From Octopus bimaculoides (taxonomy: Eukaryota): a stretch of 64,000 bases of DNA. Position numbers and translations under genes: made by a program. Below are positions 62,127 through 64,000 of the stretch, one piece after another (position 1 is the first letter of the stretch; each line of letters starts with the position of its first letter). The stretch lies in the NCBI RefSeq assembly GCF_001194135.2, contig NC_068992.1, positions 23,676,471-23,740,470 of the forward strand. The letters run 5' to 3'. The notes under the pieces are model-generated. The model was not told the DNA's origin and searched no databases. It saw nothing but the letters and a program-made list of their open reading frames with translations.

Positions 62127-64000
62127 TGCATTTCCCATCCAAGCTACATCAAGAAGTCATATATTTACATTCGAATTCAAACATTATTTCCGGCATTTAT
62201 TCAGATGCATCTCGTACGGTCTCGTACTTTTCCAAGTTCAATTAATTAATAGTGCAATCACACCTGCGTTTCTATTTTCTTTCTTGTGCATTTTTTTCAC
62301 AGAAAACGCTATTTATGGACAAAAATATAATTGTTTTTAGACAAAACCATTTTATTTATTATTTTAATTAAATAATATTTGTATTCATACCTTTTTATTA
62401 TTGTGCACGAAAATATTGAACAAAATACAGAATTCCTGACCTATGAAATTACAAACATGGTTCTGTTTTGAAAACAAATGAATTGCACCATATAATGTGC
62501 TTAAATTGGTACATTTATGCGTTAAGTTTATGAATAATTTTATTCTAAATGAAGTATGATGTTTTTATTAAATTTGAATGGAAAAGTAGTGAAGTTTTCT
62601 ACATCTAACCTTGCACCGAGAAAACAATATTTTTTTCGCACCTACAAATGACATATGAAACCTATTTTTATGCTTAAAATCTGTTTCATTATATATATAT
62701 ATTTTCAAAATGATTACAAAAGAAAAAAAAACTCATATAATACACTTATTTTGAGTGAACCAAAGCGAAGGAAGAACAAGAGTGAAATCGGTGACTATTT
62801 AGTAATAGGCCAGCGTCAGCAGCTTCTCTTTAACTTTTAGGCCAATTTAAAATTGCGATATAATTGCGATATAATTTATTAATGATTATCTTCAAATTCT
62901 TCTTACCAGACGAGTTAATCTACGGAGATATTATTGAGTTCTTCCAAGTAAGAATGATAATGCTAAATACTCCTTAAAATAGCAGAAATATTATTCTTTA
63001 ATTTCTATCTTACTCCAATTCAAATTGGAAAACATTTTGCCGCATAAAATTGTTTCTACAGCATTAACTCCCATTAACTTACAGGATTTGATTTCTCTCA
63101 TTAAAATAATCTCTTACTTATATGTAAATAAGACAAAAATAAGATAAAATTAAGGAAACTGTGTAGAAACTGCACAGAAAATGTATCTGTGCATTAAGCT
63201 CCCATTTTAAAAATAGTATCTTAACATGACATGTGATACCTAAGTATCTCTGTATGAGATTATATCAAACTATATCGGAACACTGTCCTCTTTTAATGTA
63301 CTCAACCGTGTCAAATTCGTCATAAGATATACAGTTTATGCCCACTTTCGCATTATTTTCGTTATTACCCACGTATGTGCACACATGCATTTTATCTATG
63401 TTACTAAAAAAACACATAGCACTCAGTAAATGCTGCAGACTGTTCATTTATGGGGGAAATATTTACTGAATACCTTCATTATAACTCGACGCCTTAGATA
63501 TGTAAATTATATGGGTGGTCCGTTATACAAAGCTCCAGGCAGGTGAGGATTATTTAGACAGCTAAGAGTCATTGTGTAATGGTCCTTGAAGGTCAATATG
63601 TACGTATAGAAAGATACATATAAAAATGTGTGTGTATGTATATACATACAGGTATATATATATATATATATATAGTGTAGTATATTGCCACTTAAGTGTG
63701 GCTGACCCCTAGGGGTGGATGTTACTGTTGCTTTTAGCCCCAGGAGGACATCTCCTCCAGCTGGCTTATCGACACACGACTGTGTCCTGTTTGCCAAGGG
63801 AGTTATCCCTCTCACCCCGACCAGCAGCACGAACGTATCCGGATTTCAGGGTTATTTCCCTTCGTCGGCGTTCGACAGCTGATGACCTTGGTGAGAGAGA
63901 CAAAAACCTGGCAAACCTTATATCTTCTTTTCCAGTGACATTCTTCACTGATATTGAAAAGGTGAAAACAAGCAATGTTAATTCTCTAAATGAAGTATTA

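Noticed and set aside
63690-63930. GC-richer segment with CTGATGA
   Set aside because: It has CAAAC instead of GAAAC and no stem I. It is probably an interspersed repeat I cannot name.

Overview
AT-rich, microsatellite-rich eukaryotic draft-genome DNA with 15 N-gaps, most flanked by (TA)n. The repeat content is typical of an octopod cephalopod (inference; the species cannot be confirmed here). I find no intact protein-coding gene, and most ORF-track entries are gap or microsatellite artefacts. The window is dominated by retroelements: about 30 copies of a tRNA-headed SINE (family B, three swappable tails), a CORE-type SINE (family C, 5 copies) and a CAA-tailed SINE (family A, 3 copies). It also holds decayed LINEs (Tx1/L1-like, CR1-like, four R4/Dong-like pieces), a D,D34D mariner, a Penelope-like GIY-YIG remnant, a foldback element and a possible solo LTR. 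The most interesting signal is family D (4 copies). It joins a tRNA-like Pol III head and a (TAA)n linker to a Penelope-type 3' end carrying a minimal type I hammerhead-ribozyme motif. All four copies are inserted as TSD-flanked inverted composites whose inverted arm lacks the last ~30-45 nt. This suggests a ribozyme-bearing SINE mobilised by Penelope-like machinery. Weak host-gene signals are a TATA+Inr candidate, three candidate exons and a possible decayed class A GPCR.
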